The position numbers and the translations under genes were made by a program. A stretch of 64,000 nucleotides of DNA, taken from assembly GCA_028826165.1 (NCBI GenBank), contig JAPDFW010000135.1:1-64000 (forward strand), read 5' to 3'. The stretch is from Anaeramoeba ignava BMAN. Lineage: Eukaryota; Protista; Anaeramoebae. Below are positions 14,901 through 37,003 of the stretch, piece by piece; the stretch's first letter is position 1; each line of letters begins with the position of its first letter. The notes beneath the pieces were generated by a model. That model worked only from the letters and a program-made list of their open reading frames with translations, was not told where the DNA came from and made no database searches.

Positions 14901-15686
14901 AATTTTAATTTTAATTTTTAATTTTAATTTTAATTTTAATTATTAATTTTAATTTTAATTTTTAATATTAATATTAATTTTAATTTTAATTATTAATTTT
15001 AATTTTAATTTTAATTTTATAAATGAATTTTAATTTTAATTTTAATTTTAATTTTAATTTTAATTTTAATTTTAATTTTAATTTTTAATTTTAATTTTAA
15101 TTTTAATTTTAATTTCAATTTTGATTTTTGATTTTAATTTTAATTTAAATTTTAATTTTAATTTTAATTTTAATTTTAATTATAATTTTAATTTTAATTT
15201 AAATTTTAATTTTAATTTTAATTTTAATTTTAATTTTAATTTTAATTTTAATTTTAATTTTAATTTTAATTTCAATTTTGATTTTGATTTTAATTTTAAT
15301 TTTAATTTTAATTTATAACGATCATTAGAAGAATTAAAGTAAAAAAAACAAGCAAAAAAGGTATCTTTTTTTTCATACATCCATTCCTGGATTTGAAACA
15401 AAATCTTTTTGAAATAAAAGTTGACCTTTGGGGATTGAAATTTGTAAATTCATTTCAGTTAAAAATAAACAACCTTTTTTTTCTTTATTTTGAAAAATAT
15501 AAATAACCTAATAAATAAATTAATTAAAAAAATAAAATTAAATTGATAAATAAAAAAATCATTTTATTTTGTTTTGTTTTGTTTTACTTTAAATTCTTTT
15601 TTTCCTTTTGCAAAATATTTTTGAATTAAATTATGCATTTGATTTTTTGCACTTTTTTCAGTTTCTGAACTTAAAATAAAACTCAT
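11904..15686 (-). CDS. Hypothetical multi-exon protein (7 inferred exons), possibly tandem PH-like folds
   Basis: ATG at 15686 preceded by tandem TCATTTT. ORF fragments 14133-14336, 13863-14105, 13189-13632, 12827-13144 and 11904-12269 join in frame through six GT-AG introns. Beta-rich segments followed by helices; no family recognised. Confidence 0.6.
12300..12830. repeat. Intronic 18-bp tandem repeat (TTGAATTAAATATATATT)
   Basis: About 29 near-identical copies; source of the spurious FELNIY ORF. Confidence 0.93.
14380..15317. repeat. Intronic (TTTTAA)n microsatellite
   Basis: ~940 bp nearly pure hexamer tract. Confidence 0.95.
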
Positions 15687-15920
15687 TTTAAAAAATGAAA
15701 AAAAAAATGAAAAAAAATGAAAAAAAATATTTTCTTTTTTTTCTTTTTATTCTTTTTTTTATATTAAATTTTTAGACAAGTTCTCATAAAAAATTATGTC
15801 CATTTTCATTTAGATTTAAAAGTTTACTTTTTCAAATTTTTTTTCCTGTTTTTGTTTTTTTTTTGTTTTTGTTTTTAATTTTCATTTTTTTTCCGTTTTT
15901 TTTTTCGTTTTTTTTTTATT

Positions 15921-18900
15921 ATGAATACTTCTAAAGGTGATTTTCCTTCTTTTCCTTCTCATCCAGAAGCTAAGAAAAAAACAAAAGACAATCTAAAATC
16001 AAAACACAAAACAAACTCAAAACACAAAACAAAAGACAAAACAAAAGACAATTCAAAGTCAAAACACAAAACAAAAGACAATTCAAAGTCAAAACACAAA
16101 ACAAAAGACAAAACAAAAGACAAAACAAAAGACAAAACAAAAGACAAAACAAAAGACAAAACAAAAGACAATTCAAAGTCAAAAGATAAAACAAAAGACA
16201 AAACAAAAGACAAAACAAACTCAAAACACAAAACAAAAGATAAAACAAAAGACAAAACAAAAGACAAAACAAAAGAGAATTCAAAGCCAAAACACAAAAC
16301 AAAAGAGAATTCAAAAACAAAAGACAAAACAAAAGACAAAACAAAAAGACAAAAACCAAAAATATAAAAATCAAAAAGAACAAAACAAAACAAAATCAAA
16401 AAATTCAAATACAAACAGATTCAAATTCAAATTCAGATTCAAATTCAAAACCAAAATCAAAATTAAAATTAAAACCAAATTCAAAACCAAAATCAAAATT
16501 AAAATCAAAATTAAAATCAAAATCAAAACCAAAATTAAAATCAAAAACAACAAGAACAAAATTCAGATTCAAATTCAAATTCAAATTCAAATTCAAATTC
16601 AGATTCAAATTCAAATTCAAAATCAAAATCAAAATTAAAATTAAAATCAAAACCAAAATCAAAATATCAACAAGAACAAAATTCAAATTCAAATTCAAAT
16701 TCAAAATCAAAATCAAAATCAAAATCAAAATCAAAATTAAAATTAAAATCAAAACCAAAATCAAAATTAAAATCAAATTCAAAGCCAAAACCAAAATCAA
16801 AATATCAACAAGAACAAAATTCAGATTCAAATTCAAATTCAAATTCAGATTCAAATTCAAAATCAAAATCAAAATTAAAATTAAAATTAAAATTAAAATC
16901 AAAACCAAAATCAAAACCAAATTCAAAACCAAAACCAAAATTAAAACCAAAATTAAAATCAAAATCAAAACCAAAATCAAAATATCAACAAGAACAAAAT
17001 TCAAATTCAAATTCAAATTCAAATTCAAATTCAAAATCAAAATCAAAATCAAAATTAAAATTAAAATCAAAACCAAAATCAAAATTAAAATCAAAATCAA
17101 AACCAAAATATCAACAAGAACAAAATTCAAATTCAAATTCAAATTCAAATTCAAATTCAAATTCAGATTCAAAATCAAAATCAAATTCAAATTCAAATTC
17201 AGATTCAAATTCAGATTCAAATTCAAATTCAAATTCAAATTCAAATTCAAATTCAAATTCAAATTCAAATTCAAATTCAAATTCAGATTCAAATTCAGAT
17301 TCAAATTCAAACTCAAACTCAGACTCAGATTCATATTCAGATTTAGATTCACATTCACATAAAAATTTAGATTTAAATAAAAAACAAAATCTAGATCTGT
17401 ATCTATATCAAAAACAAAATTTAAAATCAACACCAAAAAAATCAAAACAGAAATTAAAGAAAAAATCAAAACAAAAAACCCAAAAAAATTCAAATTCAAA
17501 TTCAAAATCAAAATCAAAAAAATCAAAGCAAAAACACAAACACAAACACAAACAGAAACAAGAAAAAAAACAAAAACACAAACACAAACAGAAACAAGAA
17601 AAAAAATCAAAACCAAAACCAAAAATAAAATTAAAAATAGAATCAGAAACAGAATCAGAAACAAAACCAAAAATCGAATCAGAAACAGAATCAGAAACAA
17701 AATCAAAAATTGAATCAGAATCAGAATCAGAATCAGAATCAGAATCAGAATCAGAATCAGAATCAGAATCAGAATCAGAACCAGAATCAGGATCAGAACC
17801 AAAAATAAAATTAAAAATAGAATCAGAAACAGAATCAGAAATAGAATCAGAAATAGAATCAGAAACAGAAACAGAATCAGAAGCTGATCCAAAACAGAAA
17901 AGAAATAAGAATACATCAATAAACAGTACATCAGTAAACAGTACATCAAATAGTTCTGGTCGTTTTTTCCAAAATAATTTTGAGGTTCAACCAAAAATAA
18001 ATCCATCAGATTATTATGATCCTGATTCAACAAATTCATCAAGCACAGAAAGTGATGAAGATCAAGATCAAAATTATTCAGAAATCTATTCTGATTCTGA
18101 TTCTGATTCTGATTCTGATAAAAAAATTATTGAAAAATCAATCCACAAAAGCACAAAAAAAATCAAAAGCAAAAGCAAAAGCAAAAGCAAAAGCAAAAAT
18201 TATAAAAAAAACCAAAAAGAAAAGCATTCTGATCTTCGAGAAAGTACTAAATCTTCACCTTCTCTTTCAAGTTCGCAAAATGATAGTTTGAATAATCAGG
18301 TTAAAAATATGAATATTAATGGAAATATTGATCAAAAACAAAACGTTGAAAAAAATAATGAAAGCAAAACTTATTCAAACGATTCAAACGATTCAGATTC
18401 ATTCCACAACAATCAATATTCAAATCAATATCAAAATCAATATCAAAATCAAAATCAATATCAAAATCAAAATCAATATCAAAATCGAAACCAAAAAAAC
18501 AAAATTCCAGAAATATGCCCAGATTTTCTACATAAAAATTTTTGTGATAATAGAGATTGTCCATATCTACATCCACCAAAAATAACTCAATGCAGAGATC
18601 TATTGGAAGGATGCACAAATCCGAATTGTGATTTCCAACATCCAAATCCAAATAACAAAATTGCTCTTTCTTTAGGAAAGAATTTTAGGAAAACAAGAGT
18701 GAGATGTCATATTGAAAAAATGAATAAAAAAATTTGTAAAGAATTTCGAAAAAATGAAAAGTGTTCAAATCCAAATTGTCCTTATCAACACAAAATCGAA
18801 CTTTTTTCACCAGAAGAATTGAGCCAATTCAAATTTCGAAAATCACTAAAAATTGATCAGATGATTTTTGTTGATCTTGATAATTTCTCAAAAATATTAG

Positions 18901-19262
18901 AACTATTTGAAATATATCATAATAATTTGAGTGGAAAAATGGCTTTTCTTTGTGCATATGGAGGGAATTTTATTCCAAAAATCAAAAAGAGATCGGAATT
19001 TGTGAAAAAATTTATGGGTCAAATTGAATTTATTAGTTCAGGAAAAACAAAAGATGCTGCAGATTTTGTTTTGGTTTATCGATTCGGTCAATTTTCTCAA
19101 AATCTTCCCAAAAAAGTTAATTTTACTTTCATTTCAGGAGATCAAGGCTTCCAAGCTTTGCCAAATCAATTTGATATCAAAGAAAGAGTCAAAATAATTA
19201 ATCCACATAAATCATCAATTGAGGAAATTATTCAAACTATTTGCAGTTTGTCTGGTTCTTGA
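15921..19262 (+). CDS. Protein with a long low-complexity N-terminus (KTKD, SN/QN/SE repeats; frameshifted), three CCCH zinc fingers and a C-terminal ZNF451-type PIN-like domain
   Basis: Fingers [36 protein letters not shown] and [25 protein letters not shown] motifs [32 protein letters not shown] and IINPH. ATG at 15921 has TCATTTT upstream. The intervening repeat region changes frame several times. Confidence 0.78.
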
Positions 19263-19503
19263 GTTTTTTTCTTTTCCTTTCGTTTTTTACTTTTGGTTCA
19301 TTCTCGCTTAACCATTTTTCTAGATACAACAACATGAAAAATGGAAGAGAAATATTTTTGTTTTTAATTTTAGGAATTGAATAAAAATTTAAAGAATCAA
19401 AAATGAAAAAAAAAATTTTCAAAAATAAAAAGTGGAACAAAAAAAAAAGCAAAAAAAAATTTTCTTTTTCTTTCTTTTTTTAAATTTAAGTTTAAATTTA
19501 AGT

Positions 19504-20928
19504 TTAAATGAATTGTTCTGGAATTTCCTTTTCTTTTTGTTTTTCATCAAATTCTTTACTTTTAATTTCAACAATATTCTTAATATCATATTTATAAGCT
19601 AATTGAATTAATTCATCTATTGGTTCATTAAATTTTATTTGGATAAGAATCATTAAAATGTCCTCAAAAGATTTATTTTCCAAATTCTCTAAAAAAATCC
19701 AATTCAAAAAAGAAACAATTCTATTTTTTAAAAGGAATTATTTTTTGGATTGAAAAAAATTTTTTTTACTTTGTTTTTTTGATAAAAGAGCAACTGCTAA
19801 TTTGAATAAAAATTCTTCACCATCTAATAAAAAAAAATCCCAAATTCGCGCACAATCAGAAATTGGGAAAAGATCTGAAAAAAGTGTTGCGAAATATCTA
19901 TAAAGAAAAATAGGATATTCAATTTGATTATTTTCAAAAATAGATGCTAATTTTGGATGAAATTTTTTTATCAATTCAGAAACTAAATAACACCATTTTT
20001 GAATCAATTTGAATTGAAAATTGAAAATTTGGTTAAATTTCTTTTCTTCAAGAACTCCAACAAAAACCCAAAAGGGAATCTTAATTAAATAATAAGGAAA
20101 TAAATATTATTTAGAAATGAAAAAATTAATTTTTGATAATTAAATGTAATACTTCTTCTTCATATTGTTCAAAAATAAGTAAAATTAAAGCAGCAATTTG
20201 ATTCATTCCCTTTAAAGATTTGAATTTAAAAATTTGAATTAAAGATTTGAATTTAAAAATTTGAATTAAAAATTTGAATTAAAAATTTGAATTAAAAATT
20301 TGAATTAAAAATTTGAATTAAAAATTTGAATTAAAAATTAAATGAAATTATTTACAGAACAATAACCTAAATCTGGTGCAAATCCAGTCCAAGCTTTTAA
20401 AATATTAGATAAACCTGGTAATCTTTTTCAAAAAAAAATTAAAATTCAATTAAAAAAATTTTTTCCGATTTAATTTTTGATTTTTTAAAATTTAATTTTC
20501 AATTTGATTTTCTAAATTTACCCTTCATTTGGTTCATATTTTGGATGATTTGGGAAAGTTCTAACAGAATCTTTTGATATTTGTGATTGTGTAGAAAGAT
20601 CTGATAAAGCTATTAAATTTTGATAAACATTTATATTTTCTGGTTTTTTCATTAATTCTTCAGCTTTTGATAATTTAAGCCATAATTTTGGTCTAATTTC
20701 ATTTGGAACTCCTTTTTTTATTAAATTTCTTAACTGAATATTTATTTTAAAAAAATAATAAAAACGTTTTATTTTTATTTTTATTTTTAATTTTTAATTT
20801 TTATTTTTTAATTTTTTTACTTCTTTTTGCTTTTGAGAATAACTTTCCCAATCATTAAAAACTTCTTCCCATTTTGATAATAAATTAATTTCTTTCTTAT
20901 TTTTTAATTCTTGATTTTTAATTTCCAT
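19504..20928 (-). CDS. TBC-domain Rab GTPase-activating protein (6 exons)
   Basis: Spliced translation gives KGVPNEIRPKLWLKLS, QISKDSVRTFPNH, LSNILKAW...DLGYCS|GMNQIAALIL, YFATLF and CARIWDFFLLDGEEFLFKLAVALL; five GT-AG introns are phase-consistent. Confidence 0.9.
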
Positions 20929-20940
20929 AATTTTTTTAAC

Positions 20941-20995
20941 AAAAAAAAAAATGAAAAAAAAAATTTTTCATTTTTTTCATTTTTTTCATTTTTTC
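20941..20995. promoter_or_regulatory. Bidirectional core promoter with oppositely oriented TCATTTT initiator-like elements (representative of a motif found before nearly all genes)
   Basis: AAAATGAAAA at about 20951 faces the TBC gene (minus strand); three TTTCATTTT copies at 20968, 20977 and 20986 face Elongin A (plus strand). Confidence 0.7.
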
Positions 20996-21063
20996 TTAAT
21001 TTGATATATTTTTGATATATTTTTGATATATTTTTGATAAATTTTTGATTCTGTCAAAATTTA

Positions 21064-22076
21064 ATGGAACAAAATGTTGATTTTTATAAATTTATATCAG
21101 GAAATCCAAAAAAACAAAATATTCCATCTTTATTTGATTTCTGTTTAAAAAATCTTCGCCAGAACATCTCAGAAATCAATGAAATAGGAGAAGTCCCAAA
21201 CAAAATTGCAAAGAAAATTGTCAAGAATTGTTCTCTTGAGGATTTTGAAAGAATCGAGTTTTGCAATCCTGATATTAATTTTGGGAACGAAAAAAAATGG
21301 AGAAAATTCACTCTCCAACTTCTTCGAAATAGTTTTTTCGGAAATATTTCAGAAAATTTGAAGTCTAAATCAGAGAATACTACTTGGAGAGAATTCTATT
21401 TCCAACAAAAAGCGCAGATAGACCAAAAACTTCAACTCTCAATCCAAAAAGCAAAAGAAAGATCCCGAAAAATTAGAATGGATAAAGAAGAAAAAAAAAC
21501 TCAAAAAATTCTTCATTTACCAAAACCTTCTCAAAAAATCTCATCTAAACAACCTCAATCAAAATTTTCCCAAATGATAGAAAAGTAAATTATGATTTTA
21601 AATTTTATATTTAATTACAAAAAAACAAATTCCACTTTTTCTTTTTTAAAAAAAAATTAACACGTGTTTTTTCACCTTTTTTTTTTAATTTGATTAATTA
21701 TTCATTTTTAAACACACAAAAAAATATATCAAGAAATCGTTCTCAATTTTCTCCTCAAATTTATAAACCTCTTCATAAAATTTCAATGTCTCCTCCAAAA
21801 TTTATGATTGCTAATCCAACTTATATTAAAGAAAGACAAAAAGAACTTAGAGAAGAAAAAAGTAAAAAAGAAAAAAGAGAATTATTAATTCAAAAATGGA
21901 AGGAGTTTCAAGAAAATGAATTAAAAAATAAAAATAATAAAAATAAAAATAAAAATAAAAATGATAATCAAAAAAAAACAAATCAAAATGAAAATCGAAA
22001 AAGAAAACCAAATTTTCAACAACTTTCAAATGAAAAATTAGAAGATTTAAAAGGAATTAAAATTGGAAAAAAATGA
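21064..22076 (+). CDS. ELOA: Elongin A-like protein (2 exons)
   Basis: BC-box IPSLFDFCLKNL, then IGEVPNKIAKKIVKNCSLEDFERIEFCNP and TWREFY. Phase-2 intron from GTAAAT at 21585 to AAG at 21733. Confidence 0.75.
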
Positions 22077-22188
22077 AAAAAGAAGAAAATTTTTTCTGAT
22101 TGTTTATTTTTTTTTGTTGATAAATTCCAATTTCTTTTTTTAAAAAAAAAATACTTAAAAAATTGCAAAATTAATTTCTTCTTCTTTT

Positions 22189-32887
<10,699 letters not shown>

Positions 32888-33389
32888 TATAAATAAAAAA
32901 AAATTAAAAATGAAAAAAAAATGAAAAGTAAAAATTGAAAATAAATTTTTAATTAAATTTTAAATTAAATTTTTCATTTAGAAAATAAATGGAAAAAAAT
33001 TTTTTTTTCTCTTTTTTCTTTCAACTATCAAATTAAAAATAAAATTAAAAATTTTAAATTAAAAATTAAAAATTAAAAATTAAAAATTAAAAAATTAAAA
33101 AAGAAGAACAAAAAGAAAATTAAATTTCGATCGTTTCTAAAATTAATTATTTAAAAGATAATTTAATAAAAAGCAAATTAAAAAAATTTAAAAGAAAATT
33201 AAAAGAAAATTTGATCTTTAATTAATTAAAAAAAAAGAAAAAAAACAAAAAACAAACTTTTCTTTTTTTATTTAAAAAAGAAAAAAAAAGAAAAAAAAAG
33301 AAAAAAAAAGAGTTTCAAATTCAACTAAAAACAAACAAAATTAAAGAAATTAAAATTAAAAAAATTAAAATAAAATAAATGGTGAGTAT

Positions 33390-34010
33390 TCAAAAAATAT
33401 TTGAGATCAATTCGTTTTTAATTCTGTTTTTAAATAAACTTGCAACTGGATGAGTTGTCGGTCGAGCAAATTGAACTTTTGATATTGTTAATTCAATTTT
33501 ACAAGAAGGATTTGGAGAAAAAACAATTGTAGTTGGTGAATTATTATTATTATTATAATTATTATTGTTATTATTATTGTTATTATTATTTAATTCAGAT
33601 TTTGATTTGGAAAATATTTTTGAAACTTTTTTATTTTTGAATGGAATTATTGAATTTTTTGATTTTGTTGATATTTTAGTTTCTGTTTTTGATCTTGTTG
33701 AGTTTATTAGATTTCTTGTATAAAAAAATTTCGAATTTGAAAAAATCTTTGAATTTCTTTTTCGTTCTCGATTTCGTTGTCTTTTTAAAAATGTTTTGAA
33801 TTGAAAATGTTTTCTTTTTGAATTTTGTGGAAATTCTAGTTTGTTGATTTGAAAATGTAATTTTTTTTGCTTTTTGGGTGATAATGTTAATTGAAAATTT
33901 TGAATTGGTAATTGATTTTTATTTTCCGATATTTTTGGACAATTTGTTTTTTCATTTGGAGAATTTGAAATGGAATATTTTTTAATTTGGAAATTTCTTT
34001 TTGGTTTCAT
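33390..34010 (-). CDS. Hypothetical basic, Ser/Asn/Lys-rich protein (206 aa)
   Basis: Open 621 bp frame with ATG and TGA and coding-like GC relative to its flanks; poly-Asn tract; no family recognised. Confidence 0.6.
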   Translation of the reverse strand: MKPKRNFQIKKYSISNSPNEKTNCPKISENKNQLPIQNFQLTLSPKKQKKLHFQINKLEFPQNSKRKHFQFKTFLKRQRNRERKRNSKIFSNSKFFYTRNLINSTRSKTETKISTKSKNSIIPFKNKKVSKIFSKSKSELNNNNNNNNNNNYNNNNNSPTTIVFSPNPSCKIELTISKVQFARPTTHPVASLFKNRIKNELISNIF

Positions 34011-35189
34011 TGATCTTTATTTAAAATTAAAATTAAAATTAAAAATAAATAAAAATAATAAATAAAATAAATAAAAAGTTTTTTACCGAAATTTTGTAAA
34101 GTGAAAAATTATTTTTAAAAAATTTTTTTATTATTATTTCTTTTAATTTGTTATTAACTGGAATTTGTTTAATTAGTTTTAAAATTTAAAATTTAAAACA
34201 AAAAATAACAAAAAATAACAAAAAACAAAAAAAAAATTGTAATTGAAAAATGTTTGATGATCATTTAAAAAAAAAATTTTTAAAACAAAAAAAAAATCAA
34301 AAAAAAAAAAATTTTTATTAATTAAAAAATTAAATTAAAAATTAATTAAAAATTAAATTAAAAAATTAAATAAAAATTAAATAAAAAAATAAATAAAAAT
34401 TAAATTAAAAATTAAATAAAAAATTAAATAAAAATTAATTAAAAATTAAATAAAAATTAAATAAAAATTAAATAAAAATTAAATTAAAAATTAAATAAAA
34501 ATTAAATAAAAATTAAATTAAAAATTAAATAAAAAATTAAATTAAAAAATTAATTTATATTTTTTGCTTTTTATTATTAATATTTAAACCAATTTACTTA
34601 TCTTGACTTTTTTTTTTTAATTAATTAAGATCAAATTATAAAATAATAAAATTAAAAAGGAAATTAAAATTAATTAAATTTGCTTTTTTTTTTTCTTTTT
34701 AATTTTATTTTATTTATTTAATTTAATAAAAGAAAAGATCAAATTTAAATAAAAAAAAATAAAAGAAAAAAAATTTTTTTTTTAAATAAGAAATTAAATA
34801 AAAAAATTAATTAAAAAAATCATTTTTTTTTTCTTCTTTATTTTTTAAATTAAAAATTTTTAAATTAAAAAAATTTTTTTTCTTTTCTTTTTTTCTTTAA
34901 ATTAAAAAATTACGCATGATTCCTTAAGGCTTTCTTCTTAATTTAAATTATAATAGAAGAGAATTGAGTCATGGTCATGCAAAATAAATTATTTTTTTTT
35001 TAAAATTTTGTTTTAAAAAAAAATTTAACTTTATACAAAAAAAAAACCAAATTTAAATTGAATTTGTTTTCGTAAATTGTTTTAAATTTACTGAAAAAAT
35101 TAATTTAATTTTTCTTATTAAAATTTAAATAATATTTTTTTATCCGATTTTTTATTATTAAAATTATTATAATAATTTATAATTTAATT

Positions 35190-35920
35190 TATTAATTTTT
35201 AAACAGTTTTTGTTTATTAAATTAATTAATTAAGTTATATTAATAATTTAAATATATAAATTGAATAAAAAAATATTATTTAAGAATAAGGAAAAAAGAA
35301 TTAAAAATTTTTAAATTCAAAATTAACTTAAATTTGAATATTTTTTTTTGTAAAGGAAATCTAAATAACAATTTATTTAATTTATATTTAGTTTTATTAT
35401 TAAAATTTAAATAACAATTTATTTAATTTATATTTAATTTTATTATTAAAATCTAAATAACAATTTATTTGATTTATAAATTTATTTAATTTTATTTTAA
35501 AATTTTAACAATTTTTATTTTTATTATTTTAATTATTTTAAAATTTTATTATTATTAATAAATAACAATTTATTTAATTTATATTTAATTTATATTTAAT
35601 TTATTAATTTTTAAACAGTTTTTGTTTATTAAATTAATTAATTAAGTTATATTAATAATTTAAATATATAAATTGAATAAAGAAATATTATTTAAAAATA
35701 AGGAAAAAAGAATTAAAAATTTTTAAATTCAAAATTAACTTAAATTTGAATATTTTTTTTTTGTAAAGGAAATCTAAATAACAATTTATTTGATTTTTAT
35801 TTAATTTTCTTATTAAAATTTAAATAATAATTTATTTAATTTTTATTTAATTTTATTATTAAAATCTAAATAATATTTTATTTAATTTATATTTAATTTT
35901 ATTATTAAAATCTAAATAAA
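35190..35920. repeat. Intergenic direct duplication (~190 bp block, 412 bp period) plus a ~43 bp sub-repeat
   Basis: AAACAGTTTTTGTTTATT...GTAAAGGAAATCTAAATAAC occurs at 35201 and 35613; the AAATCTAAATAACAATTTATTT unit is repeated. Confidence 0.85.
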
Positions 35921-36223
35921 ACATTTTCTTTTTGAATTTGATTTTTATTTAATTTTATTATTAAAAAATAAAAATTTAATTTTCATTTTTATTCTGATTT
36001 TTTTTTATTTAAATTCTAAATAAAACATTTTTTGAATTTAATTTTCATTTTCATTTTGATTTTCATTTTGATTTTGATTTTGATTTTCATTTTGATTTTG
36101 ATTTTGTATTTCATTTTCATTTTCATTTTGATTTTGATTTTGATTTTGTATTTCATTTTGATTTTGAATTTTAATTTTAATTTTTAATTTTAATTTGAAT
36201 TTGATTTTAATTTCATTTTGATT

Positions 36224-36856
36224 TTAAATGTATTCATTTGGAAAAACAAGTTTTGAATCAATTTGAAAAGCAGAACAAACATCTTTCATTTGAATATTTG
36301 AATTATTTTTTTGGGCAGTATCAAGCAATTCAGTCATTATTTTTTGACAAACATCTCTCCATTTTTCAATTAAATTTTCTAATTTTTCTTCTTCTTTTTC
36401 ATCATAAACAAAAAAAGAAGTAGATTTTAATTGTTTAAGTCTTGATTCTTTTTCCATTTTTTGATTTTTAAGTTGTTGAAATTTATCAAAAAGAGAAATT
36501 TGATTTTCTTTTTAGATTCTCTTTTAAATTCTCTTTTAAATTCTCTTTTGAATTCTCTTTTGATTTCCTTTTTGATTCTCTTTTAAATTCTCTTTTAAAT
36601 TTTCTTTTTGATTCTCTTTTAAATTCTTCCAATAAATTTTACTTATAATATTTTCTCCAAATTTTAATTCTTTACTAAAAATTTCTTTTTTTTCTTCCAT
36701 TTCTTCTAAAATTTGTTTAATTTCTTCTAAAATTTGTTTATTTTCATTGTTTTTTTCTTCATTTAAATTATTTAAAATATAATTTGAAATTTGAAAAAAA
36801 GAAACAAGATTTGAATTTAAAAAAAAATTATTTAAAAGTTCTTTAATAGATTGCAT
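36224..36856 (-). CDS. Sfr1/Mei5-like recombination mediator (frameshift inside an internal 12-bp repeat)
   Basis: C-terminal KLENLIEKWRDVCQKIMTELLD...MKDVCSAFQIDSKLV fits the Sfr1/Mei5 pattern L..LI.KWR...Q..L.EL...l.....gID..L. ORFs 36536-36856 and 36224-36457 abut across a GAGAATTTAAAA repeat. Confidence 0.6.
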
Positions 36857-37003
36857 TTAATAATAATAATAATAAAAAAAATGAAAAAAAAATGAAAAAA
36901 AAAATTTTTTCAAGAAATGTTTTATATTGTTTGTTTTTTTTGAATAAAAACAAAAATCAAAAAACAAGAAAAATATCAATTTTAAAAAAGGGTTTTATTA
37001 TAG

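Noticed and set aside
14380-15317. (TTAAAA)n as telomeric or telomerase-derived repeat
   Set aside because: It lacks G, occurs in both orientations inside introns, and nothing in the window ties it to chromosome ends.
12250-15430. Non-canonical splice sites in the 15686 gene
   Set aside because: Initial phase mismatches disappeared with alternative canonical sites (donor GTCAAC near 15425; acceptors near 14060 and 12291).
21661-21666. CACGTG E-box in the Elongin A intron
   Set aside because: A single 6-bp occurrence with no supporting context.
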